Positions 9,139 to 17,759 of a DNA stretch of 26,961 bases are shown piece after piece. Origin of the DNA: Candidatus Micrarchaeota archaeon. GTDB taxonomy: Archaea > Micrarchaeota > Micrarchaeia > Micrarchaeales > Micrarchaeaceae. The notes beneath the pieces were generated by a model, which did no database searches, had not been told where the DNA came from, and saw nothing but the letters and a program-made list of their open reading frames with translations. Within the stretch, counting starts at the first letter, position 1. Each line of letters starts with the position of its first letter. Location: contig DAHWIS010000036.1 of assembly GCA_027344745.1 (NCBI GenBank), positions 1-26,961 on the forward strand. Direction: 5' to 3'. A program made the translations under genes and the position numbers.

Positions 9139-9813
9139 TTGGCAAACTTTAAAAGCAGACGTTACAACAACGAAGTTCAGGCATTCGACGTGAATGGATG
9201 GGAACCTGTCACGCAGATCGGGAAGATGGTCAAGGAAAGAAGCGTAACTTCGATCGAGCAGATCTTCAACATGGGTAAGAATATCGAGGAGGTTGGCATA
9301 GTAGAAGCATTGCTGCCCGGGATGAAAAGCGAGGTCATAGAGATAAAAAGCGTGCAGAGGATGACAAGGAACAACAGGAAGCAGAAATATAGGGTGACAT
9401 CCATAGTCGGCGACAGCAACGGCCACGTCGGTGTCGGCATAGCCAAGGACGTAGAGGTAAAGGCAGCCATAGACAGCTCCATAAAGGATGCAAAAATGAA
9501 CATAATGCCGGTAATATTCGGATGCGGATCTTGGCAGTGCACATGCGGAAAAGGGCACAGCCTTCCATTTACGGTAAGGGGAAAATGCGGAAGCGTAGAA
9601 GTGATACTCAAGCCTGCGCCTAGGGGTCTCGGCATAGCGGCAAGCAGACCTGTAAGGATGATGCTTGAATTGGCAGGCGTCAAGGATATATGGAGCTTCT
9701 CTCGCGGCAGGACCAGGACGAAATTCAATACACTTATTGCCGTATCGAAGGCGCTTTCGAACACGCTGCAAATGAAGAACCTTAGTGTTTCCAATATAGC
9801 CGAGGTAAAATGA
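9139..9813 (+). CDS. rps5: 30S ribosomal protein uS5
   Basis: WEPVTQIG, GCGSWQCTCG..HSLPF.V.GKCGSV.V.LKPAPRGLG, GVKDIWSFSRGRTRT; TTG start. Confidence 0.97.
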   Translation: MANFKSRRYNNEVQAFDVNGWEPVTQIGKMVKERSVTSIEQIFNMGKNIEEVGIVEALLPGMKSEVIEIKSVQRMTRNNRKQKYRVTSIVGDSNGHVGVGIAKDVEVKAAIDSSIKDAKMNIMPVIFGCGSWQCTCGKGHSLPFTVRGKCGSVEVILKPAPRGLGIAASRPVRMMLELAGVKDIWSFSRGRTRTKFNTLIAVSKALSNTLQMKNLSVSNIAEVK

Positions 9814-9906
9814 TTGTAGAAGGTGTGAGATTTTTCATATATGCAATATATAATGTTTTGTCCTGATTTATAATAGCAAATTATATTATTATATTAGAGT
9901 GGTAAT

Positions 9907-10266
9907 ATGAAAGTTTACGTAGACAAACCGTTGTGCACAGGGTGCCAGCATTGCAAGGATGTATGCCCCGTGGCTGTTTTCGAGATGAAGGACAGGGGCA
10001 AGCCAGAGGAGGTCAATACAGATACCGCACCTGACAATATGAAGTGGACTGGAGAGAGCAACGCAGAAATGCTTGCGAAATGGAAGGATGTCAACGATGG
10101 ACATAAGCATTTTGCAACGGCAAACGACGGCACTAGCGGCGGCATTTCCGTAGGCGTAAACGGCGAAGCTTGCATACTGTGCCAGGCGTGCTTGATACAG
10201 TGCGAAGGTGAATGCATCCACATCATAGACGACACCAATGCAGAATACAAATCGATATACGCATGA
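9907..10266 (+). CDS. Dicluster (2x[4Fe-4S]-type) ferredoxin with a long inter-cluster insertion
   Basis: CTGCQHCKDVCP and CILCQACLIQC motifs; SD-like GTGGT before the ATG. Confidence 0.88.
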   Translation: MKVYVDKPLCTGCQHCKDVCPVAVFEMKDRGKPEEVNTDTAPDNMKWTGESNAEMLAKWKDVNDGHKHFATANDGTSGGISVGVNGEACILCQACLIQCEGECIHIIDDTNAEYKSIYA

Positions 10267-10315
10267 TTCTGTTTTATTCTGCCCTTTTTCTTTTCCTTTA
10301 TTTTTACTTTGCTCC
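10267..10315 (+). terminator. T-rich archaeal-type terminator after the ferredoxin gene
   Basis: About 45-nt pyrimidine tract (ccctttttcttttcctttatttttacttt) directly after the stop. Confidence 0.55.
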
Positions 10316-10386
10316 AAAAGCTTTGATGCATGATTATTAATATTGCAAAAAACAAGTAGCATGACCTTGTTCTGCAGGTGAATGCC

Positions 10387-13089
10387 ATGATAGAATTCGT
10401 CGACAAATCGTTCAGCGATTCGGAGAGCTTAGATGTGCTGAACGGTTACGTAAGGGAGTGGTTCACTAAGAATTTCAGCGAGCTTACGCCGCCACAAAAA
10501 TACAGCTTCAAGCTTATCAGCGAGAAAAAGAACGTCCTTATCGCTGCCCCAACAGGCAGCGGGAAGACGATGTCGGCATTCCTGTCTATACTCAACTCCC
10601 TATTTAACAAATCTCTGGCCGGAGAACTGGAGCGCAAGATATACTGCATATATGTATCGCCGCTTAGATCTTTGAATAATGATATATATAAGAACCTCGG
10701 CAAGCCGCTCGAGGAGGTATATGACGCCATGAAAAAGGACAACGGCATAAACATAATAAAGGGCAATATGACCGAAGTCACGATAGGCGTAAGAACAGGA
10801 GATACAAGCCAAAAAGAAAGAAGGCAGCAGCTTGCCAAACCTCCAAACATACTTATAACTACACCGGAAAGTCTGGCCATACTCATAAATTCGGAGAAGT
10901 TCATGGAGAACATGAAGGGCCTTGAATACATAGTCGTAGACGAGATCCATGAACTGGCAAACAACAAGCGCGGCGTGCATTTGTCCCTTTCTATAGAAAG
11001 GCTTCAGGACATGGTAAAAGGCAGGATTACGCGCATAGGGCTTGGAGCTACGCTATACCCTCTGGAAGAAGCGGCAAAATTCCTGGTAGGTTTCAACGGG
11101 GAAACGCCCAGGGATTGCAAGATAGTGGATGCCTCTTGGAGCAAGGAGCTTGACGTAAGGGCTATGAGCCCGGTAAAAGACATGATAAGCTCAAGCAATG
11201 AAAAAATAGAAGACTCCATGTACGAGGAGATAAACGCCATAATAAAGGCGAGCAAGACCACGCTCATATTTACGAACACGCGCAGCGGAACAGAACGCGT
11301 AGTGTTCAACCTGAAGCACAGGTTCAAGTACGGAGAGGATATAGCTGCACACCACAGTTCGTTATCTAGGGATTCCAGACTGGATGTTGAAGAGCTGCTC
11401 AAGAAGGGATCGCTCAAGTGCGCGGTCTCATCGACAAGTCTGGAGCTTGGAGTAGATATAGGCACAATAGAAAACGTCATACAACTCGGATCGCCTAAGA
11501 GCGTTACGAGAGCAATACAGAGGATAGGGAGGGCAGGCCATTCTTTCAGAGCCAAGGCCAGGGGCGAAATGATAGTGCTCAATAGGGACGATCTCGTAGA
11601 ATGCACGGTCATGCTCGATGCAGCCCTGAAAAAGCATCTCGATTCGTTTACCGTGCCCAGGAATGCATTGGATGTGCTGGCACAGCACATAGTGGGCATG
11701 TCATTGAACAAAAAATGGACCGTCGACGAAGCATACGCAGTCGTAAGGTCAAGCTACGCGTATTCGGATTTGGAACGGCATGATTTCATAAGCCTTCTTA
11801 ATTACCTTTCCGGAAAATACGTAGGCTTGGAGAGCAGGCACGTATACGGTAAGATATGGTACGACGAAGATGAAGGCGCATTCGGGAGGCGCGGAATGTA
11901 CGCCAAACCGATATACATGCTAAACCTGGGCACCATACCCGATGAAGTTGCCGTAAATGTTTTGCTCTCTTCGTCAAAGGCCTGGATAGGCAATATAGAA
12001 GAGGAATTCCTTACAAGGCTCAAGCCCGGGGATATATTCTCGTTGGGGGGCAGGCTTTACAGGTTTGAATACGCAAAGGGCACCAAATGCTACGTATCAG
12101 AAGCGCATACCAACCTGCCTACCATACCGCCGTGGTTCTCAGAACAGCTGCCGTTAAGCTACGAATTGGCAGACGAGATAGGCGAATTCAGGGCTAAGAT
12201 GTCTGCTTTTGTTCTAGGGAACACAAAGAAAAAGAGGGCGGATGCAGGACGTGCTAGGATAGGCATATACAGGACCTTGAAAGGTGGAAAGATACCGACG
12301 GAGGCGTCGGATTTTCTGAGTCTTTATCCGATAGATTCAAACGCAAAGCATGCGATATTCGGCTATTTCGTCGAGCAGGCGCTATTCGCGGGCGCAATTC
12401 CAAGCAACAAGCTGATAGTGATAGAGACTACAAATGAGGAAAAAACGGGTACTGAAAGCGTGGTTTTCCACTCGTTGTTCGGCAGGAAAATCAATGATGC
12501 ACTGTCAAGGTTAGTCGCCTTTGAAGTGGGTATGATGCTTGATGAGGATGTATCCATAATGGTAAATGACAATGGATTTATACTCTCGGCGGGGAAATCG
12601 GTGAAATTCGCCGACAGAGTCATAAAAGATGCAATATCAAAGCTATTGGAAGCGGATATTGAACTGCTGTTGAAGGAGAATATACGAAAAACAGAACTCA
12701 TGAAAAGACGCTTCAGGCATGTTGCCGGGCGCAGCTTCATGATATTAAGGAACTACAGAGGATGGAAGCAGTCGGTTGGAAGGCAGCAGGTGAATGCACA
12801 GATACTGCTCAAAGCTGCAGAGGAGATAGACCCGAATTTCCCGGTAATAAAGGAGACGTATAGGGAGATATTCAGCGATGTGATGGATCTAGCAAGGACA
12901 AAGAAGGTATTGGATATGATAAGGTCGGGCATGATAAAATACAAGATGATAAAAACCGGTTCGCCTTCGCCGTTTGCGCATACGCTGTTCGCTTTCGGGC
13001 ATGCGGACGTAGTGCTTATGAAAGACAGGCAGGCTTATTTGAAATACCTCCACAAATTGGTTATGAAGAGCATAAAATCGGGTAAGTGA
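10387..13089 (+). CDS. lhr: Lhr-family SF2 ATP-dependent helicase (Lhr-core length, about 900 aa)
   Basis: APTGSGKT, YVSPLRSLNND, RTGDT, ILITTPESL, DEIH, FTNTR, HHSSLS, LELGVDIG, QRIGRAGH, DVLAQHI. ATG 10387 follows CAGGTGA. Confidence 0.96.
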   Translation: MIEFVDKSFSDSESLDVLNGYVREWFTKNFSELTPPQKYSFKLISEKKNVLIAAPTGSGKTMSAFLSILNSLFNKSLAGELERKIYCIYVSPLRSLNNDIYKNLGKPLEEVYDAMKKDNGINIIKGNMTEVTIGVRTGDTSQKERRQQLAKPPNILITTPESLAILINSEKFMENMKGLEYIVVDEIHELANNKRGVHLSLSIERLQDMVKGRITRIGLGATLYPLEEAAKFLVGFNGETPRDCKIVDASWSKELDVRAMSPVKDMISSSNEKIEDSMYEEINAIIKASKTTLIFTNTRSGTERVVFNLKHRFKYGEDIAAHHSSLSRDSRLDVEELLKKGSLKCAVSSTSLELGVDIGTIENVIQLGSPKSVTRAIQRIGRAGHSFRAKARGEMIVLNRDDLVECTVMLDAALKKHLDSFTVPRNALDVLAQHIVGMSLNKKWTVDEAYAVVRSSYAYSDLERHDFISLLNYLSGKYVGLESRHVYGKIWYDEDEGAFGRRGMYAKPIYMLNLGTIPDEVAVNVLLSSSKAWIGNIEEEFLTRLKPGDIFSLGGRLYRFEYAKGTKCYVSEAHTNLPTIPPWFSEQLPLSYELADEIGEFRAKMSAFVLGNTKKKRADAGRARIGIYRTLKGGKIPTEASDFLSLYPIDSNAKHAIFGYFVEQALFAGAIPSNKLIVIETTNEEKTGTESVVFHSLFGRKINDALSRLVAFEVGMMLDEDVSIMVNDNGFILSAGKSVKFADRVIKDAISKLLEADIELLLKENIRKTELMKRRFRHVAGRSFMILRNYRGWKQSVGRQQVNAQILLKAAEEIDPNFPVIKETYREIFSDVMDLARTKKVLDMIRSGMIKYKMIKTGSPSPFAHTLFAFGHADVVLMKDRQAYLKYLHKLVMKSIKSGK

Positions 13090-13836
13090 ATGAGGCTTAC
13101 GGATGATGTAGAACTTTTGGATGGGCTGCCGATAGCGTATATAAGAAGTATAAACGCACTCGCAGTGGCGGATTTACATCTGGGATACGAAGGAGTGGCG
13201 TCAAAAGGCATCGCCTTGCTGCCCAAGGTAAACCTTTCGAATATAATGAAAAGCATCTCCACTGCAATAAAAAAGACCGGAGCGAATGCAGTCATAGTAG
13301 ATGGCGACATAAAGAACGAATTCTCCAGAGTAGATCAAGAAGAGTTCAACGAACTTTACGATTTTATTATGTTTGGGAAATCAGAACGCGTCTCGCTCAT
13401 ACTAATAAAGGGCAACCACGATAATTTTGTCGAGAGGTATAAGGACTCGTTCAAGCTGAAGATATACAGACAGGAAGCGGATATCGGAGGATACTTGTTT
13501 TTTCATGGCGAATATCTTCCCGAAAATATAACAAAAAACACTACGATGCTCGTAATGGGGCATGAACATCCGTCTATAGGCGTATACAATTCGATAGGCT
13601 CCAAGGAGAGGCTAAGATGCTTCCTTTATGGGAAATATATGGGCGTGCCTCTGCTAATTCTCCCAGCCATGAATTATTTTGCAGGGGGCACAGAAATGAA
13701 CAGCGAACCTAGAAGTTCCCTGCTCTCGCCGATATTCAAAAAAGCCGACCCGAACGGCATGAATGCGATAGTGGTAGGATATGGTTCTACAATGGATTTC
13801 GGAAAGGTTGGAAAACTGCGCGGTCTGCGGGCATAA
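13090..13836 (+). CDS. Calcineurin-like metallophosphoesterase (Lhr-associated MPE / ICC-like family)
   Basis: ADLHLGYE, GDIK, KGNHD, FHG, MGHEHP; starts immediately after the lhr stop (TGA-ATG). Confidence 0.9.
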   Translation: MRLTDDVELLDGLPIAYIRSINALAVADLHLGYEGVASKGIALLPKVNLSNIMKSISTAIKKTGANAVIVDGDIKNEFSRVDQEEFNELYDFIMFGKSERVSLILIKGNHDNFVERYKDSFKLKIYRQEADIGGYLFFHGEYLPENITKNTTMLVMGHEHPSIGVYNSIGSKERLRCFLYGKYMGVPLLILPAMNYFAGGTEMNSEPRSSLLSPIFKKADPNGMNAIVVGYGSTMDFGKVGKLRGLRA

Positions 13837-13844
13837 TGGCTGTA

Positions 13845-15332
13845 TTATAATTGCGTAGCTGCAGGCAGCAGGCTTATCATCAACGCCAGCACAACGATTA
13901 TGGACAGCGCTTTGACCGCACTAGAATTGCTTATGGAAAGCTTGAATATCCTCCATCCGTCGAACCCGGGTATCGGAAGCAGGTTCATTATGCCTATAAG
14001 GAAATTCAACATGAATGATATTGCAAACACCGAATATATGAAATACGCAAAACCCCAGAACATGTTTGATGGGATTATCTTGCCCGATTCATATAAAGAT
14101 ACCCCTATCACGCCAGCGCGCGAAGTAGAATTGACAGCCTTTGCAGTGAATGAATATTTCCCCGTGTTTGTCACTATGTTGACGCGTGAGCCTGCAAAAT
14201 CTGATGACGCAGCAGATATAAGGGTAGTCGCATTTGTGACATTATGCCCGTTCCATGATATTATATGCATTCCAGGCTTAAGCACCCCGTAAGCAGGATA
14301 TCCTACAGACGTATTTTTTATGAATATGCCGGTGTCGTAGGATATGCCATGCGTCGTATATCCGCTGTAGATTACAGGGATGGTAAGTACCATCAATATG
14401 AAGAATATTATCATCGCTATAAAGTTTGCAGATATTCCTGCCGAAGATATTTTATTCTGCTTCAGCTTGTTAAGTGAAACGATCTTCTTTTCGTCCGGCT
14501 CCACAAATGCGCCGAACGGAATGACGCCGAACATCAGTAAGCCTATCTGCTTGAGCTTGACCTTTGAGAGCGAAGACAATATCCCATGCGAAAATTCGTG
14601 TATTATTAGAAGCATTACTAGGGATACTATACCTGCGAATAATGGAAGCGTGACGCCCGGAAGCGCAAGGGTTGCGCCTGCAGACTGGCTTGCCAGCGTA
14701 GCTACGGTGGGATGGAGCATTAATATGTAGATTATGTATGACGCGTTATAGACAAGAGAAGATATCACGAATAGTGCAAAACCGCCTGCAAATGCAAGCA
14801 ACCTTATGATCTCGGAATACAGCGGAACGTTGATTACGCTGCTTGCATATGCCGTGAATGAGGGCAGCGAATGCACCCCTTGTGGGATGAGGCTTTGCAG
14901 TTGCGGGCTTTTTATGAATGCCAATGAATAGCTTATGAACGGAAGCACAAATACCATTATCGCCATAAGCGAAGCTAAGCCTACCGCATAAAACTTTTTG
15001 CTTGCATGCCTGCCCAAAATGAAATAGGAAAGGACGCCGAAGCTAAGGATTATGCCCCACGTCGCCATCGCGTTCCAGAATTCGGAATGGCTGCTGGCCA
15101 GTTTGTGCACTGTTTTTATGCCTGCCTTGGTGCCCACAAGGTAAAACCCGAAGCTCCCAACCGTACTTTTAATGCGCTTGATCAGCATGCCGCTCATGAT
15201 AAGGAGAAGCAGAGCGGCCACAAGCTTTATTGATGTGTTTAGGTACGGCGCTAGGTATAATCCATATATGGCACTTATAGTTACAACGAATATCAGCGCA
15301 AAACCGACATTTGGATAATTTTTTTTATTCAT
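13845..15332 (-). CDS. Site-2 protease family (M50) intramembrane metalloprotease with a PDZ-like insert
   Basis: IHEFSHG (HExxH), GAFVEPDE, AGISANF, NLLPIPGFDG; soluble insert GVLKPGMHIISWNG. Confidence 0.93.
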   Translation of the reverse strand: MNKKNYPNVGFALIFVVTISAIYGLYLAPYLNTSIKLVAALLLLIMSGMLIKRIKSTVGSFGFYLVGTKAGIKTVHKLASSHSEFWNAMATWGIILSFGVLSYFILGRHASKKFYAVGLASLMAIMVFVLPFISYSLAFIKSPQLQSLIPQGVHSLPSFTAYASSVINVPLYSEIIRLLAFAGGFALFVISSLVYNASYIIYILMLHPTVATLASQSAGATLALPGVTLPLFAGIVSLVMLLIIHEFSHGILSSLSKVKLKQIGLLMFGVIPFGAFVEPDEKKIVSLNKLKQNKISSAGISANFIAMIIFFILMVLTIPVIYSGYTTHGISYDTGIFIKNTSVGYPAYGVLKPGMHIISWNGHNVTNATTLISAASSDFAGSRVNIVTNTGKYSFTAKAVNSTSRAGVIGVSLYESGKIIPSNMFWGFAYFIYSVFAISFMLNFLIGIMNLLPIPGFDGWRIFKLSISNSSAVKALSIIVVLALMISLLPAATQL

Positions 15333-15426
15333 GCCTTTAGCACCTTCCGTTTAATTATACCGCCATATCAAGTCCGATGCGACAAACCGTCGCCGAATTG
15401 GCCATTATAGGTATTGCATGCAAATG

Positions 15427-15438
15427 GTATTTATAACT
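15427..15438. promoter_or_regulatory. TATA-like element between the divergent site-2 protease and mbf1 genes
   Basis: TTTATAA at 15430-15436, about 30 nt upstream of the mbf1 ATG; reads TTATAAA on the minus strand. Confidence 0.5.
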
Positions 15439-15465
15439 TGAATTACAAATGGTGTATGTGGTTTC

Positions 15466-15918
15466 ATGGAGGATTGCGAACTTTGTGGGAGGCCGACCGA
15501 AATTGTATATACCGCATTGGTAGAAGACGTAGAGTTGAGGGTCTGCCCTAAATGCGCGAAGGGCAAGAAGATAATATCGTCCGGGGGTTATGGCAGGGTA
15601 AAGAAGGGCGGCATTGGAAGGATAAATGCTGAAAAGGGCGATGATCCTGCGTTGATTGAAAATTACGGGCATGTCATAAAGGAAGCCAGGGAGAAGCTGA
15701 TGATACCCCTTAAAGTGCTCGCCGAGATGATAAACGAAAAAGAAACATTCCTTAACAGGGTGGAAGCGCAACGGACGACGCCCCCCGAAGCGCTCGTGAG
15801 GAAACTCGAAAAGGCGCTCAGCATAAAGCTGATAGAGCGGGAAAAGGTTAGTGAAAGCAAACCCGCAGGCATGAAAGGAGAAAAAGCCACACTCGGCGAC
15901 TTTATAGATTCAAACTGA
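15466..15918 (+). CDS. mbf1: Archaeal multiprotein bridging factor 1 (Zn-ribbon + HTH)
   Basis: CELCG...VCPKC, IKEAREK...LA..INEKETFL.RVE, C-terminal TLGDFI. Confidence 0.93.
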   Translation: MEDCELCGRPTEIVYTALVEDVELRVCPKCAKGKKIISSGGYGRVKKGGIGRINAEKGDDPALIENYGHVIKEAREKLMIPLKVLAEMINEKETFLNRVEAQRTTPPEALVRKLEKALSIKLIEREKVSESKPAGMKGEKATLGDFIDSN

Positions 15919-15922
15919 TTTT

Positions 15923-16972
15923 ATGTCTGTAGACCTTAGCAAATTGATAAGCAGACGAAAGATAGAGCTAGCCGAACTTAATGGCAAAACGATAGCCATA
16001 GACGCGTACAACGTGCTTTACCAATTTCTTTCGATAATAAGACAGCCAGACGGCTCGCTATTGATGGACTCTAAAGGCAGGATTACAAGCCATCTTTCAG
16101 GATTGTTTTACAGGACTATAGACATTGTGGGATATGGCATAAAGCCGATATATGTGTTCGACGGTTTGCCTTCGGTGCTCAAGCAGAAGACCATTGAAGC
16201 CAGGATGAGGAAGAGGAACGACGCTTACAAGGCGTGGGAGAGCGCAAAGCAGGCAGGCAACCTTGAAGATGCCAAGACGCATGCACAGGCAAGCAGCAGG
16301 GTTGATAGGAGCATAGTTGAATCATCAAAAAAGCTGTTGGACTACATGGGCATAGCATACATAAACGCGCCTAGCGAGGGCGAAGGGCAGGCGAGCTATA
16401 TGTGCAAAAATGGGCAGGTATACGCGGTTGGCAGCCAGGACTACGACACGCTGCTTTTCGGGGCCAAAAACGTAGTCAGAAATTTGACGTTTTCTGGGAG
16501 AAGGAAGCTCCCTAAAAAAAACGTCTACGTCAATGTCGAACCTGAAATGGTCAACCTAGATGATACGCTCAACGCGCTTGGCATAAGCAATAGGCAGCTG
16601 ATATGGATAGGCATAATGTTGGGAACGGACTTCAACGACGGCATCAAAGGAGTAGGTCCAAAGACTGCTTTGAAAATTGCCAGAGAGGCAAAATCCATAG
16701 ATGATATAAAGACATACATAATGCAGAAGTACAAACAGGAGTTCGAATTGCCCGTAGAGGACGTAGAGAGCCTTTTTGTAAACCCGGAGGTAACTGATAT
16801 AGACGATAGATTTATATCTGATGCGAGGAACATAACGCCCGATGTAGAGGGCATAGTCGGTTTCATGTGCGGCGAGCACGAATTCCTAGAAGACAGAATC
16901 AGGAAATTTGCGGCCGTGCTGTTAGACAAGTCCAGCAAGGCAAAACAGTCAACAATAGGATCATGGTTCTGA
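15923..16972 (+). CDS. fen1: Flap endonuclease 1
   Basis: IAIDAYN.LYQFLSIIRQPDG, YVFDG, APSEGEGQA, SQDYD.LLFGA, GTDFN.GIKGVGPKTA, C-terminal PIP box QSTIGSWF. Confidence 0.98.
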   Translation: MSVDLSKLISRRKIELAELNGKTIAIDAYNVLYQFLSIIRQPDGSLLMDSKGRITSHLSGLFYRTIDIVGYGIKPIYVFDGLPSVLKQKTIEARMRKRNDAYKAWESAKQAGNLEDAKTHAQASSRVDRSIVESSKKLLDYMGIAYINAPSEGEGQASYMCKNGQVYAVGSQDYDTLLFGAKNVVRNLTFSGRRKLPKKNVYVNVEPEMVNLDDTLNALGISNRQLIWIGIMLGTDFNDGIKGVGPKTALKIAREAKSIDDIKTYIMQKYKQEFELPVEDVESLFVNPEVTDIDDRFISDARNITPDVEGIVGFMCGEHEFLEDRIRKFAAVLLDKSSKAKQSTIGSWF

Positions 16973-17079
16973 ATCACAATATAGCGCATAAACGAACCTG
17001 TAGGCAAAGTGGGCTTTTGTTACACAAGCTTTTTATTTGTGCATGGGATAAAGAAATTGTCTGATTTTAGGGCGATACC

Positions 17080-17565
17080 ATGGTGAAAAAAGAATATGAT
17101 GATAAAAATTCTCAAGAGCCTAATGATTTCGATGCGTTGGGCACCATACTGAATAAGATGCTCAAAGATGTGACTAGCGATCTCATGAAAGGCGAGCAAA
17201 AGAACGGCAATCCGCCCATAGTGTTGAATTTCAACCTAGAGATAGGCAACCTTGGATACGGGAAACCGCAGAAGCGCCCGCAGGACCAGCAGATGCAACC
17301 GGGTGAGCCATTGCAACCGCATAGCGAACCTATATTTGAGGTGTCTAGTAGCAATGGCATAGTGACGATAATCGCCGAGATGCAGAATTTCCAAAAGGAG
17401 GAGATAAAGGTAAACAGCAGAAACAAGAGGATATTCATAAATGCAATAGGGAGGAACAGCACATACCACAGGGAGATAACCCTTGATTTTGACGTAAAAC
17501 CAAAAGATATAAAAACAAATTATAACAATGGAATACTTGAGATCAAGGCACATAAGACCCAATAG
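17080..17565 (+). CDS. Small heat-shock protein (Hsp20/alpha-crystallin domain)
   Basis: EPIFEV...IIAEM...KEEIKV...YHREITL...KTNYNNGILEIK. Confidence 0.88.
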   Translation: MVKKEYDDKNSQEPNDFDALGTILNKMLKDVTSDLMKGEQKNGNPPIVLNFNLEIGNLGYGKPQKRPQDQQMQPGEPLQPHSEPIFEVSSSNGIVTIIAEMQNFQKEEIKVNSRNKRIFINAIGRNSTYHREITLDFDVKPKDIKTNYNNGILEIKAHKTQ

Positions 17566-17591
17566 GGAAAAGGATTATACAGGTGTTTATT

Positions 17592-17714
17592 TTGCAAAAA
17601 AAAGTCGCGAATTCAAAGAAGAAGGTTGGAAAAGAATATAGGAATGTTAAGAAGATAAAGCGCTTGAGGAAAGAGCATAGGAAGAAGCTCAACGCACAGA
17701 GGCGCAAGCTTTAA
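17592..17714 (+). CDS. Unannotated 40-aa highly basic protein, possibly eL41/eS32-like or another RNA-binding protein
   Basis: TTG start after AGGTG (17581-17585). MQKKVANSKKKVGKEYRNVKKIKRLRKEHRKKLNAQRRKL has 13 K + 6 R. It fills the intergenic gap without overlap. Confidence 0.65.
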   Translation: MQKKVANSKKKVGKEYRNVKKIKRLRKEHRKKLNAQRRKL

Positions 17715-17759
17715 TGTCATGCATTTAGTGCGCACCGAAGTTTGTACCGACCGCATTTA

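Noticed and set aside
9810-9866. Short ORF MIVEGVRFFIYAIYNVLS overlapping the uS5 stop, where uL30 would be expected
   Set aside because: Only 18 aa, with no uL30 motif, running into AT-rich intergenic DNA
9881-9896. Tandem TTATATTA repeat upstream of the ferredoxin gene
   Set aside because: Low-complexity AT-rich promoter DNA; chance occurrence is likely
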